Positions 23,367 through 34,600 of a DNA stretch of 64,000 nucleotides are shown one piece after another. Under the pieces are notes generated by a model. That model ran no database searches and was not told where the DNA came from. It saw only the letters and a program-made list of their open reading frames with translations. Location of the stretch: positions 12,278,001 through 12,342,000 of the forward strand of contig OZ076409.1 in assembly GCA_964187785.1 (NCBI GenBank), read 5' to 3'. Within the stretch, counting starts at the first letter, position 1. Every line of letters starts with the position of its first letter. The position numbers were made by a program, and so were the translations under genes. This stretch comes from Amphiscolops sp. MND2022. Its lineage: Eukaryota.

Positions 23367-23711
23367 CCAGGTAATTTAGCAATCATACCCCAACATATTG
23401 ATATGGTGAGAATATTTTTGGTACACAAACTTCCAATTGTAAATCGTGATCCCGATGAAATTAGGGCAATATACATACAATATGCTAGACAATCCTCAGT
23501 CAGTACTTTTAAGAAGGAGGTGGATGAGTATTGCAGGCACTTATGGCAACGAGAAATAAAGCAAGTTCTTATGTACTCAAATTACTCAGGGCTTAAAGTA
23601 AGAAACAGCATCATGAAAATGCTTGCACCATATCCTAGGAAAATTTCTGTCAAAACGCTACGTGTTGTAATGAAATATTTTGGGCTTCGGGCAATAAGTT
23701 TGATTTACTAA
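23367..23711 (+). pseudogene. Probable LINE-A ORF2 segment 3 (post-RT region)
   Basis: The reading frame ...DISNP before the left LTR continues PGNLAIIPQHIDMVRIFL...CRHLWQREI after the right LTR. Confidence 0.6.
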
Positions 23712-23724
23712 GTTCGAATTTGAA

Positions 23725-24099
23725 CTAGTGCCATAAGTTCGAATGGAATAGCTGTAAATAGGTCGATTTTTTCTGGTCGAAAGGACAGAGGTCGAACCTT
23801 TTGATCGAATTGCAGGGATCGAATGGAATGCGGTCGAATTTTATCGTATTTGTTGTCGCTTCGCTCCCTTCGCCAAGTAGCAACATTGAGACATGGTCAT
23901 ATGGCACGTCGCTCCGCTTCGCTTGGCTCCTGCATTCAGGGCACTAGGGGTATGTGAACATATCTGACTACGTTATAGAAATTTCGATCCGATTTGTTTC
24001 GATTCCATTCAAAAATTTGGTATGTCGACCTGAGGACTAACTCTGATTTTCGACCCCGTTCCTTCGTCCTATTTCCGCCCACCCCCTGTGTCTCATACC
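23725..24099. repeat. Two adjacent small MITE-like elements
   Basis: CTAGTGCC (23725-32)/GGCACTAG (23940-47) inverted ends with internal GTCGAA/TCGA repeats, then GGTATGTGA...TCTCATACC (23949-24099). Confidence 0.4.
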
Positions 24100-24394
24100 A
24101 ACAACACCGAAGGAGTTTCATTAAGGAGCTTCAAAATCAAAACATTGACGAAACGCTAGTTGGTTTGCTAAATTGCGAAAACAAGCATGTTATAAACGCG
24201 TTGACTGGCTTTATTGCAAGCATCGATTAATTCTTATAACCCTGCAATCCTCACTTGCCTTTCTTCTGCGTCAATTCTATTTATGCTATTTACTTTGTTC
24301 TGAAATCAATGATAGAAAGTCATTTGTACTGCCGAAGGTTAATTGATCTCTTCTTCTTGCCGAAGCATGTGGGGATCAAATAAATCAATGACTG

Positions 24395-24460
24395 TTTGTA
24401 GTCGTCAGAGCTGCAAAACGTGTTCCAGTCAACTGTAGGCAGGTTCATGTCCCCACACTT
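24395..24460 (-). pseudogene. Relic APE fragment of the LINE-B family
   Basis: TAGTCGTCAGAGCTGCAAAACGTGTTCCAGTCAACTGTAGGCAGGTTCATGTCCCC closely matches 5491-5547 (GDxNLPTxDW motif). The relic probably extends further. Confidence 0.7.
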
Positions 24461-25413
24461 TCGAATCACTCGGAAATTTCGCGAAAGTGAAATCAATTCT
24501 TCCCACCAATTTACAGAACATACCAGATCTGAATGTTTCTAGAGTTTTTTCTAGAAGTTTCTAAAGTTTTTGTAGAAAGTAAACTGAGGCTGAACAATTT
24601 CGGACGACGTTCATTTATATGGGACAGTGATAACGCAGACTATCAGTTTCAACAATCTGGAAAAACGAAAGACTGTCAGAAAAGATATTGTCAAGATTCT
24701 TACCATAACGATGAGTTCATTAAACTCTATACAAGGACAACAAGGACAAGGTACTGAAGTCGGCAAATCCACAATGGACGCTAACAATTTTGTCGAGTTT
24801 ATCCCTATATTGCACATTCTGATATGTTTCAGATATCGCGGTTCCATTCTATTTCAGACTTTGGACGATCTTGTTCGAAATTTGAATAGTCCTAATCAAT
24901 CTGAATGGGTATTAATTGCTTCATCTATGAGTTCATGCTTCAACGATGAGTTCATTGGTTTTAAATAAGCGGTGACAGTCCATACTCATAAAATGGATTG
25001 AAAAATTTGTTGAGTTCGAAAGCTGCTTCTGTACATTAATTCCCATAGTTCCCATGCGTAATTCCCATAGTTCCCATGCGGTTTCCCGAGAAGTCGTTTG
25101 ATACATGCGGGAACATCAATTTCACTTCTAATTGTACGTTTACCTGTAAAACTACGTTTTTATTTGTACGTTAACCTGCAATCAAGCTGATGTATTTCAT
25201 TTTTCATGTTACGTTTTCACCTTGTGGATGAAATTATTGCCACTTACGGGTACGAGAATAAATGCTGATGAGTCAGAATGTTTTCCATTTTTTGATTGAT
25301 GAATAAAGGCAAAGTTCGTTGCAACATCTGTCATCTCTAAAGGTATTGATGCTAAATTGTTTTCAGAGAGCCTGTAGTTTAAAACTATATGAAGGAAGCA
25401 GGGTTGAGGTTGC

Positions 25414-25665
25414 ATGACAGACCATTTGCGTAACCGCTTTGCAAATGTTGCTGAACGATTGACTCATAGCTTCACAGAATTAACATCCGAAAGTGGCCCA
25501 GTGCCGGACGGTCCGAATGACTATTTCCTGAGCGAACGCCATCCACAGTCTTCTACTGATTTCCCCAAATCGGAGGAAATCGAAGCAGATAACCGTCCCG
25601 TGATGACTTTCCGCGATAGATCATCCGAGTTCTCCTCGGCTGTTAAAAGTCTGCAAAGTCGTCAG
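25414..25665 (+). CDS. STX5: Syntaxin-5 exon 1
   Basis: MTDHLRNRF...MTFRDRSSEFSSAVKSLQSRQ|GT. Confidence 0.9.
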
Positions 25666-28600
25666 GTATTTTGACATTATTTTGAAGTCGCCTCATTGTG
25701 GTAGCATGTTTCTGATAAACGGCGCAATGGCCGCATCTTTACTGCATGCCAACTGGCTAAAATTCGTGTACCATTGAATGTGCAAAATATTTCATCACAT
25801 TTTTTCTGCTTTAAACAAGCATGAATGTTGAATAATTACTATTTCACGTCACTTAGGTGTGGAGTATCTGACGATAAAACTTTTTTTACTTCCAATTTTT
25901 TTACGATATTTTTATTTCTATAAAACATTCAAAGTTTAGATGTTGAATGGCACAACTCGGGGGAATGGAGCCGCTCGAACTATTCAGGAGCGAACACATT
26001 TCACCAAACTAGCGAAGTGAGTTGATATTTATGCGTAATGATTATTTTTCTTTTTCTGATAGGTACTAGAATACTTCTCTTCTCTAGAAAAGTGGGTAAA
26101 GACTTGGCAAGTACATGCGTCAAACTGGAGAAACTAACAATGTGTAAGTTGCTTTTGGGTTTAATCAATTTATTGCCAATTTGATTGGATCAATTTTCAG
26201 TTTTTGTGTTTTTCAGTGGCCAAGAGAAAAACCCTTTTCGACGACAAGCCTTTGGAAATTCAAGAGCTTACGTACATCATCAAACAGGTTAGTTATGAAA
26301 ACCACTATATAACTTTCGGACAACTTTCGTGTGATGAAATGCACTGGCAGTAAAGGCGCTTTTCTACTTTGATTGAAGTTTTTGGTTCCAGACTTGGGCT
26401 ATGTGCGTTGAATGAAACTAGTTCTCCTAAATTTCACTTGCAAAAGACTCGTATATGAGGACAAAAACGGTTACTGGATACTCTCGAAAGGAAAAATAGT
26501 TTAATGCAAACTTAAGTGCATCGCAGGAAAGACAATATGTTGAACAGATATGAGCGACAGATAACGAGTAATTTCTAAAAATGTTCCATTCGTCTGAAAG
26601 TTCAGAGAATGGGACTTTCTCCTCTTCTCTTTATCTATCCTCGCATTACTATGGACCGTGCCCATCGAAACCAGAAAGGGCAATGATTTAACCCTAATGA
26701 ACCTAGTAGTACTTTTTTGCAATTTCGGTTTCCTTTTGCCATCAGCCTATATTCTCTAGCACAGTTTTTTTTCAACAATTCATTGGTACCCATCTTGATT
26801 TGAATGGCACAAGCATTATAAAAGTGAATAATTCCAAAGCCGAGAAAAATGAGTTTTTTGCACAAAATATGGTTATATTGTTCCAAATTTCAGTTTTTGG
26901 CGAAATCCAGTTTTCTCAGAAGTCTTTGACCAATAGAAAAAAGCATACCATTCCACAAGTCCTTGTGCAACAAACCCCAATAATATCCTGTTGTTACTAC
27001 AAGCCCTCGTGCAGCTCACCTGACCAAAATTGAAGCCCAATACCAGACCTTTTCAACTACTTTAATTTAAAGAAAAGAAAATATTATCAAGAGATAAACT
27101 AAAGCGGATATTATTTTGAAATAATGCTATAATTATTTTATACCATTCTTTTGATCTTCGTATTTTGCTCTTCCTCGGCGTCATACCTGTAAAACAAATA
27201 CATAGATGAGGGTGGTGTCGATACGCTGCAAGGTATAGAGCCTCTCCTCACTGTCAGTTCTGAATGGATAAATTGCTAAACCTCGACAAATGGAGGGCAA
27301 ATTTATGGAATGAAACACCTAAATAAATGCTTGTCTGTAAATAGAGTATCGGAATTATATTGCTCATCAAAATAATGGGAGTTTGAGAGCCTCCCCTCTT
27401 CGACAATTGCGTTCATGGGCGACTCGGGCTATCTACTTTCTCTGATACACAAAATCGAACCGAACAGAATCTCTGAATTCCGATCTGGTGTGGGTGAAGT
27501 CATATTTCTGTAAGGAGAGCGCATTGAGCAAACTAGGAGCACGTTTTCCGGATGGCAGCTTCGTGGCGTATATATCGCTTCAGTTAATACTTCTTTCGGG
27601 TGTTCCATTTTCGTTGTTTTTGTTTTGTGAAGTCGCGCATGATTCGGTACTGGGAGTTTTCCGCGGCACTAGGAGTTCCATTTCTTTCAGACACTTGCTC
27701 AACGGTACCGATCGTGAGTAGTCTCCTGTGCGGTTATCGGGAGAGAAGATGTTGAGGTCGCCGTTCTTAAGATGGAGAAAAAGCAGTCGCTCCTGTTCGG
27801 GAAAATGCCCATTTTCCGAGATTGTCGTCTCTGCCTTGTAAGAATGGCACCAAGTTTGGGAACCAAAGTTTTTTTTACACCTTGTGTGAAAGTCGTATAC
27901 GTTGCGCGGAACCTTTCTCACGTGAATCACTAAACACCTAGCGGTGAAAGCAGTGGGGTATACGCGAATTTAAAAAATGAATTTTGTGATATAGAGTTTA
28001 TGATGATCGCGTAAGGAGTTATGGTTGAAATGCCAGTATAAACTTTCTGGATTATTACAAATACAACTTGTTAATGTATAAGTTTAACTCGATTTTCTAG
28101 AAGAGATTTTAGACACTATTTCGGGATGTTACGAAAGATATAACCAATTTCTTACGTTCTTTTCAAAGTTGATCCCATTTTAGAAATTATTAAGAACTGA
28201 CATTGCAGTAAAGAAGCGAAAGACCTAACCAATTTTTAGGAGTCGGAAAAAATTTTCGACTATTATGCAATCGTGCTGTTTTTTTTGTTTTTTTTTCTCC
28301 CGACCTTTTCATGAAAATTTCAAATTTCTCAAAAACTGTCCATACGATTTTCACGAAATTTTGCACAGTCATTCTACACCCAAAGGGGCCCCTGCGTGTG
28401 CAAAGGCATCAAAATCGTATGGCTTGGATGTGAGAAACATAGCCAAAATTAGCCCAAAAATGGCCAAAAAACAGCCATTTTTCGACTTTTTTCGATTTTC
28501 TCAAAAACTGTCCATAAGATTCGAACCAAATTTTCTACAGTTATTCTACACCATATTAGAGTCCTATATGTGCAATGGCATCAAAATCGTATGGCTGGGA

Positions 28601-31600
28601 TGTGAGAAACATAGCCAAAATTAGCCCAAAAATGGCCAAAAAACAGCCATTTTTCGACTTTTTTCGATTTTCTCAAAAACTGTCCATACGATTCGAACGA
28701 AATTTTCTACACTTATTCTACAGCATATTAGAGTCCTTTATGTGCAATGGCATCCAAATCGTATGGCTGGGATGTGAGAAACATAGCCAAAATTAGCCCA
28801 AAAATGTCCAAAAAAAGTCATTTTTCGATTTTTTTCGATTTTCTCAAAAACTGTCCATACGATTCGAACGAAATTTTCTACAGTCATTCTACACCATATT
28901 ATGGTCCTTTATGTGCAATTTCATTAAATTCGTATGGCTGGGATGTGAGAAACATAGCCAAATTTAGCTCAAAAATGGCCAAAAAAACAGTCATTTTTCG
29001 ATTTTCTCACAAAAACTGTTCATACGATTCGAACGAAAGCGAGTCAGAAGGAAAAAGACTTAAGCCGACTCCTTTACCGCATATGCGGCTCTGGTTTACA
29101 ATCTATTCAAAGTAGTTTCGAATCTATTCATTTTAGAAATAATGAAGAACTGACATTGCAGTGAAGAAGAAACAAGCAAAATAGCTTAAATTGAGGACAA
29201 TCATCATCCGTAACGTGAATAATACCATATATCAAAAAGTCAAAGAACAATATGATGTCCAGATGCAAAATCATTAATAAAATTAGAATGTTTCAAACAA
29301 GAAAAGTAATACGTCCTCAGCAAAAATGTTCAGTTTGATGGGCCGCAACTTGGCAGACCTTTTTATACATGGCAATAGTTGATTGCGGACATGATCTCAA
29401 GCTCATTCTAATGGCAGTTTTGTTCCCGTTAATCCTTCTTGGTAGCCTCGCCAGTGTTAGCATCAGGTACAGGGATAGCAGCGTTAGAATTGTTAGCAAC
29501 TCCGTTGGAAGTGTCAGATGCTCCTGTAGTAGTACCGGTCGCTGATGTTCGTGTGCCAGCGCTATTGTTAGATGATCCTGAAACGGTTCCCCTAGCGGTG
29601 GCCTGTTGGAAGGAAGTTCGTGCTGGTGATTGAGGCCGGGGAACAACATAACCAGCTTGGACTGTCCCGGGAGTATCGTGAACAACAGAGCGCTGATGTG
29701 CTTTGTATTGCAATTCTTTATAACTTTCTCGCTGCAAGATGGATGGTTGGATGACACCTATTGATAAAACATGAAACGGCGAGTTGTTGGACCCAATTGC
29801 AACAGCAGCTGTGGAAGGCTTCAGCCAACCATGAATTCGGAAACAGCCATTATCATTTATGAAGTTGACACATTTTATAACTGCATCCTCGAAGTCGAAC
29901 TCATCAAAAGTGTCAGTATCTGGGACGAGAGAGTTGTAACCGTCAGTGAAAACTGTAACGACTCGTTTTGATGTGAAATATACACTAAGGAAGCCGACAC
30001 GCTCTCCTTTCAGCTCATCACAAAAACCAATTCTAATGTGACACCTCAAGAATGTTTTTTCAAGTCCGTTTCTTTGCAGCCACATAAATCCTTCAATGTT
30101 TGACCGTCACAAAACTTACCGCTTTATTACTGAGACACGGTACAAACTGAAAGGATTTGAAGGGTTACCGTATTAAAGCAAAAATGTTGGAAATCTGCCA
30201 TTTTGGGAGAGTATTTTGGCAGAACTGCTGAACAATCTTCCAGGAATATAGGGACTACGGGCTCGGCAGTAGTCAATAGAGGATTGTCAGAGTCTTGCAG
30301 AAGTTTTTCGTCTCCGTGACGCGGAATCAGTAGTAGACATGTTGCACCTGGGTGTAGATTGGGCGAGAAACGTAACAATTGGCAAGTTTCGGCGTCGTTG
30401 GAAGTGAACATCCCGAAAACTCTGTCACTACCTGCCTCAGCAAAAAGCAAGAAACGATGAAAAGCTGCTTCCATAGTTTTTGCTTTCTCTCGTATGCGAT
30501 ACATTCTTACTGGTGTCGATGTCTTCTTCACGTGAAGAAGAATGCTTGGGAGCTTTGTCCTTTGAAATCCTTCTTTGGGACTAATAATATCTTCTAAGGT
30601 CACTCCTGAGAATCTGGAGCTCGCCAAATTCATGACACGTTCCAACGACAAATTTGCAGAAATCAGCGGCATTTTGTACAAATCTGAAGCTAAAGTAGAC
30701 GATCAGATACGATAATTGATGAAACTTGTTGAAGCAAATTCAAATAAAAATCGATGCAACCTTTATATTTTTTATTCAGTCATCAACAATGTTAAAAATT
30801 CGTTTTGAAGGCTATCAGAGGAAATGGTATCTATTATAAACAGTATGTTTACGATTCAGTAATTTATTGAATCTATTGTAAAACTTTATAAGATTTAAAT
30901 TTTGAAAGTAATGTATTGAATTCCGTGAGAGTACAATGAACTATGGAGCATAACTTATGGGCATCTTGAAAAGTGATAATGTATATGAAAAAAACTAAGG
31001 AAAAGAGGTTAACGAATCATTGAATTGCACATTATACTACAAACAACAACCAATTTGAGGTGAATATTGCAACGAAAGTGAAGTCTCATCAAAATAATTG
31101 GATCACAAAAATTACATATGATCGTTTCCGAGTAACAACATAAAAAAAGCTCAAAAAGTAGTTTGAAAGAATTTTATAAAGTAATCATTCCGCTATAACT
31201 TACATGACAACTAAAGAGTTGTTTGATGGGGCAGGAGAAAAAATATCAGTTTATGAAAATTGTTGCAGGCCGCTAGTTGCATGCCATAACGGAGACATAA
31301 ATTTTCCATATAACAGGATTCAACAGGCCGAGAAAATTCTCACACCAGTTAGCTAAGTACCTTGTACGAACCAGGTTAGTTTGTAGATCAAATAAATTGG
31401 CACATGTCGAATATGGTAGAGATAAATATAGCTGTTCTTTTGTTATTCATGGTCGATGTCTTCTTCACGTGAAGAAGAATGCTTGGGAGCTTTGTCCTTT
31501 GAAATCCTTCTTTGGGACTAATAATATCTTCTAAGGTCACTCCTGAGAATCTGGAGCGGCTGTTCGCAGCATGGGATATAAAGACAGGTAACTGAGGCTG

Positions 31601-34600
31601 AGATATCTCAGACCAGACTGTTGAAAGAGAAAATCAATTTAATACGGGAGCTCCTGTATCACGTTGTTCACCGGTCGCTCCCGCATCGAGAACTTTCAAC
31701 ATTTGTGATTTTTCCCACCACAACGATTCGCAGCATAAGTTCTTGATTATTAGGAAAAGCGTTTTGAATAGATTGGTGAGCAATATTGACAACGTCATCA
31801 GGGCTTGCAGATCTTCTGTTTGTCCTGACATAAAAGGCGACATCTGAGTGTATTTGTTGTTCTAATTGTCTGCGCTGTCGTTCGTTATTGGACATGTCGG
31901 CTGTATCGAATCCTGTAATGTAAGCAAATACACCCCAAGGACGTCGTTGAATTGGTTTTGTAAATAATGCTCCTTGCCCTGCATTATGTTCATACAAAGG
32001 TCGTGACAGACATTGTGTTTCTCCGACGTAAACCAATGATGGATAAGGACAACTAACAAGAATATACACATAGCCGAGCTTGGAAGTGGGTAGACATCGG
32101 AAAAAAGTTTGAAATGTAATGTTTCACAATGAATAAATTGGACACGAGTGGGGCCTGATTCTGACATCAACATTTTCAGGAAGCTGTCAATGTAAGAAGT
32201 TTGATGGGAAATTCGAGCAATTGCGAGCTTAATGGTAGCCATCACGTCATCTTTTGGACCAACGAATGTTATGTTACTCAGATTTGGTACACGACTCAGC
32301 AAGACAAGTAGTTGTTCTCGATGCCAAATGGATTAACTGCGGTCAGTCGGTGAGATTTTAGTCTGAATTGATGGTAGAGTACAACCTATTGCTTTGTGAA
32401 TTGTACTAGAAATATAATTTTTCAAAGGAAATTGAGTTCGTCTGATATGAAGATAGGAAATCACATTCCCAGTTCGTCTGTTATGACAACTGGTCTCCAG
32501 CCAAGTGGGTTCTGTTTTAGGCATTGGTATGTTGCGAACACCTGGTGGTGCAACCCTAACAGTAAAAGATGCAGCCGAAGGAATAGGTAAGTGTAATAAC
32601 ACCGCTAATGTTCCTTGTGCAACACCAATTGCCTTAATGTTCGCAGTGACACGCATAACTGCACCGGTGTATAATATTAGTTCTTCAGGTTCAAGACATT
32701 TGTAAGACAAGTGATCAGTAGCTTGTCGACTGGTTTGTTTCCAAACAGATGAACCACTTACACTTTCTTCGTCGCGTGCTGACATTTTTACGAAGGGAGT
32801 GTCTGTTAACGCAACTCCAACCAGGTGTCGATTGAGAGCAGCAGTCTCAGCGAATCTTGTACTGACGATCTTGATATCGGTGTTTGATATAGAGTCGTCC
32901 CAGTCATTACTGAAGGAGCAATTATCATTTATCAAGTCACATAAAGTATTTATATCGTCGCTGTCTATGTGGGTTTTGTCTAAAATCTCCAACAGTTGAC
33001 GTAGAGGCCCGGGACTTGTGCGGACATATTCAGCAAAATAAAAGAAATTGTAGTTTGTTAGCATTGAAGGATTTATTAATATTTCTGCTTTAGCAGGAAT
33101 ATTATTGAAATCTGGAAACGTCTACTTTTTTTCAGAACAATTTTTCGGACGATCTGAATAATTCAGATATTTTGTTCGGCAGTGAGTGTAAGCGACAGAG
33201 CTGTCGAAGACAATTCAATTCTAGTGCGATGGAACGAGCGAGTGGTAATTATCCATTCGTATGCTGACGTCATTGAGATGAAGCGAGCGAATGTTCGTAA
33301 TTGTGCTTTCGTTGCCCCGAGTTATTGAGATGAAGCGAATGAGTGTTAATTATTCGTTCGTTGAGAGCTTCGCCTGCATTCAAATGCGAATGCGAAACTT
33401 CGTCTACGCTTAGTAGTTATATTTTCTTTAGTCCGAGAAGAATTAAAGGCGGTGTAAACTTGTACAGTGATTAATTGTGCCGTAAGTAATGATTAAACAG
33501 AAGTGTATTGGTATTCCCGATATGATTCTTTTATTAATGATTTTTTTGTTTCAAAAAAAAGATTAAAGCAGAAATAGTACTGAGCCCCGGAGGGGCCTAT
33601 TTTCCAAACTGAAGTTCCTTCAGGAGGCGGTAGTTGATTGGGGTCACCGGATAGCAAACACAAAATGCCACCAAACGGAAGGTTGTTGCCCTTTACCCAC
33701 TGCATAACTTTGTCAAAGGCAGACCAAAGTTCAGCATTGAGCATGCCAAACTCGTCAAATAGAATTACATCCATCTGTTCCAAGAAAGATAAACGCTTTC
33801 TATTATTCAGCAATCCACTGATGGATTTTTCAAGAACGTTGACGTTGAGATTTTTCTATACAGGTAGACATGCCAAGTGATGCAAATGTTCTCCGAGCGA
33901 TTGTGCTCTTTCCCCATAAGTTAGAGCAACTAACAGAACACTTGTTTTTCCACTGCCGGGTCTTCCTATAACTAATTGGTGCCTAGTGAACATGTTAGAA
34001 CCTTGTGCAAAATTATCGATTTCATTTTGTACAACTTCCAGTGTTTGGACTTGTTTTTGATACGAGGTTGAGGTTTGTCCGGTTGTATGCAATACTACTG
34101 GTTGCCACGCAATCGGGTCAGTTTTGGAACAACAGACAAGATCTATCACACTGGGAAAGTTGTTTACTTTTCCAGTCTGGAGCTCAAGTGCGTTAAATTT
34201 TTCTTTTCAACAAGGTGTATTGCAACTTCTTCGCCTAAAACATCGACAATGTCTCGTTCCAGAACAGTTGGTGGATGATTTAGGTACAAGTCGTTGTCGA
34301 TCAGCAGACTTTTTAGTATCCTGTAAGCTGAGAGCAAGTACTTGTCGAACGACCTTGTTGCTCCGTGAAGAAACATAAGAACCTTCAACGCGTATTCTCT
34401 CGTGATGGCATTATCCTCGCTCAACGACACATTTGATGCGTTTCTAATTAGACCAGCGACCTGAAAGGACTGCTTCAATGATGACTGGGTGAACAAATCA
34501 TACTCTGTAGCGAAACGTCCCATTGTAAAAAGAATGTGGACACAAAATTTTAGAGGATTCAGTGGAAGAACATTTGATGTTACTATTTCAACAGTTTGTA

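Noticed and set aside
25041..25080. Short duplication TCCCATAGTTCCCATGCG x2 upstream of STX5 as regulatory element
   Set aside because: Simple local duplication with no independent support for function.
27915..27941. CTAG at the end of the left repeat as a canonical Helitron 3' terminus
   Set aside because: It sits at the inner edge of the left repeat, the right copy reads CAAG, and there is no GC-rich hairpin at the expected distance.
28265..29040. 172-bp array (and the 21-22-bp array at ~58355) as CRISPR or coding repeat
   Set aside because: No unique spacers, eukaryotic context and no cas genes; the ORFs are by-products of the repeats.
28176..29169. ~40-bp direct repeats either side of the 172-bp-array element as a TSD
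   Set aside because: They do not abut the element ends and are diverged; they fit a pre-existing ~88-bp-period repeat that the HINE interrupted.
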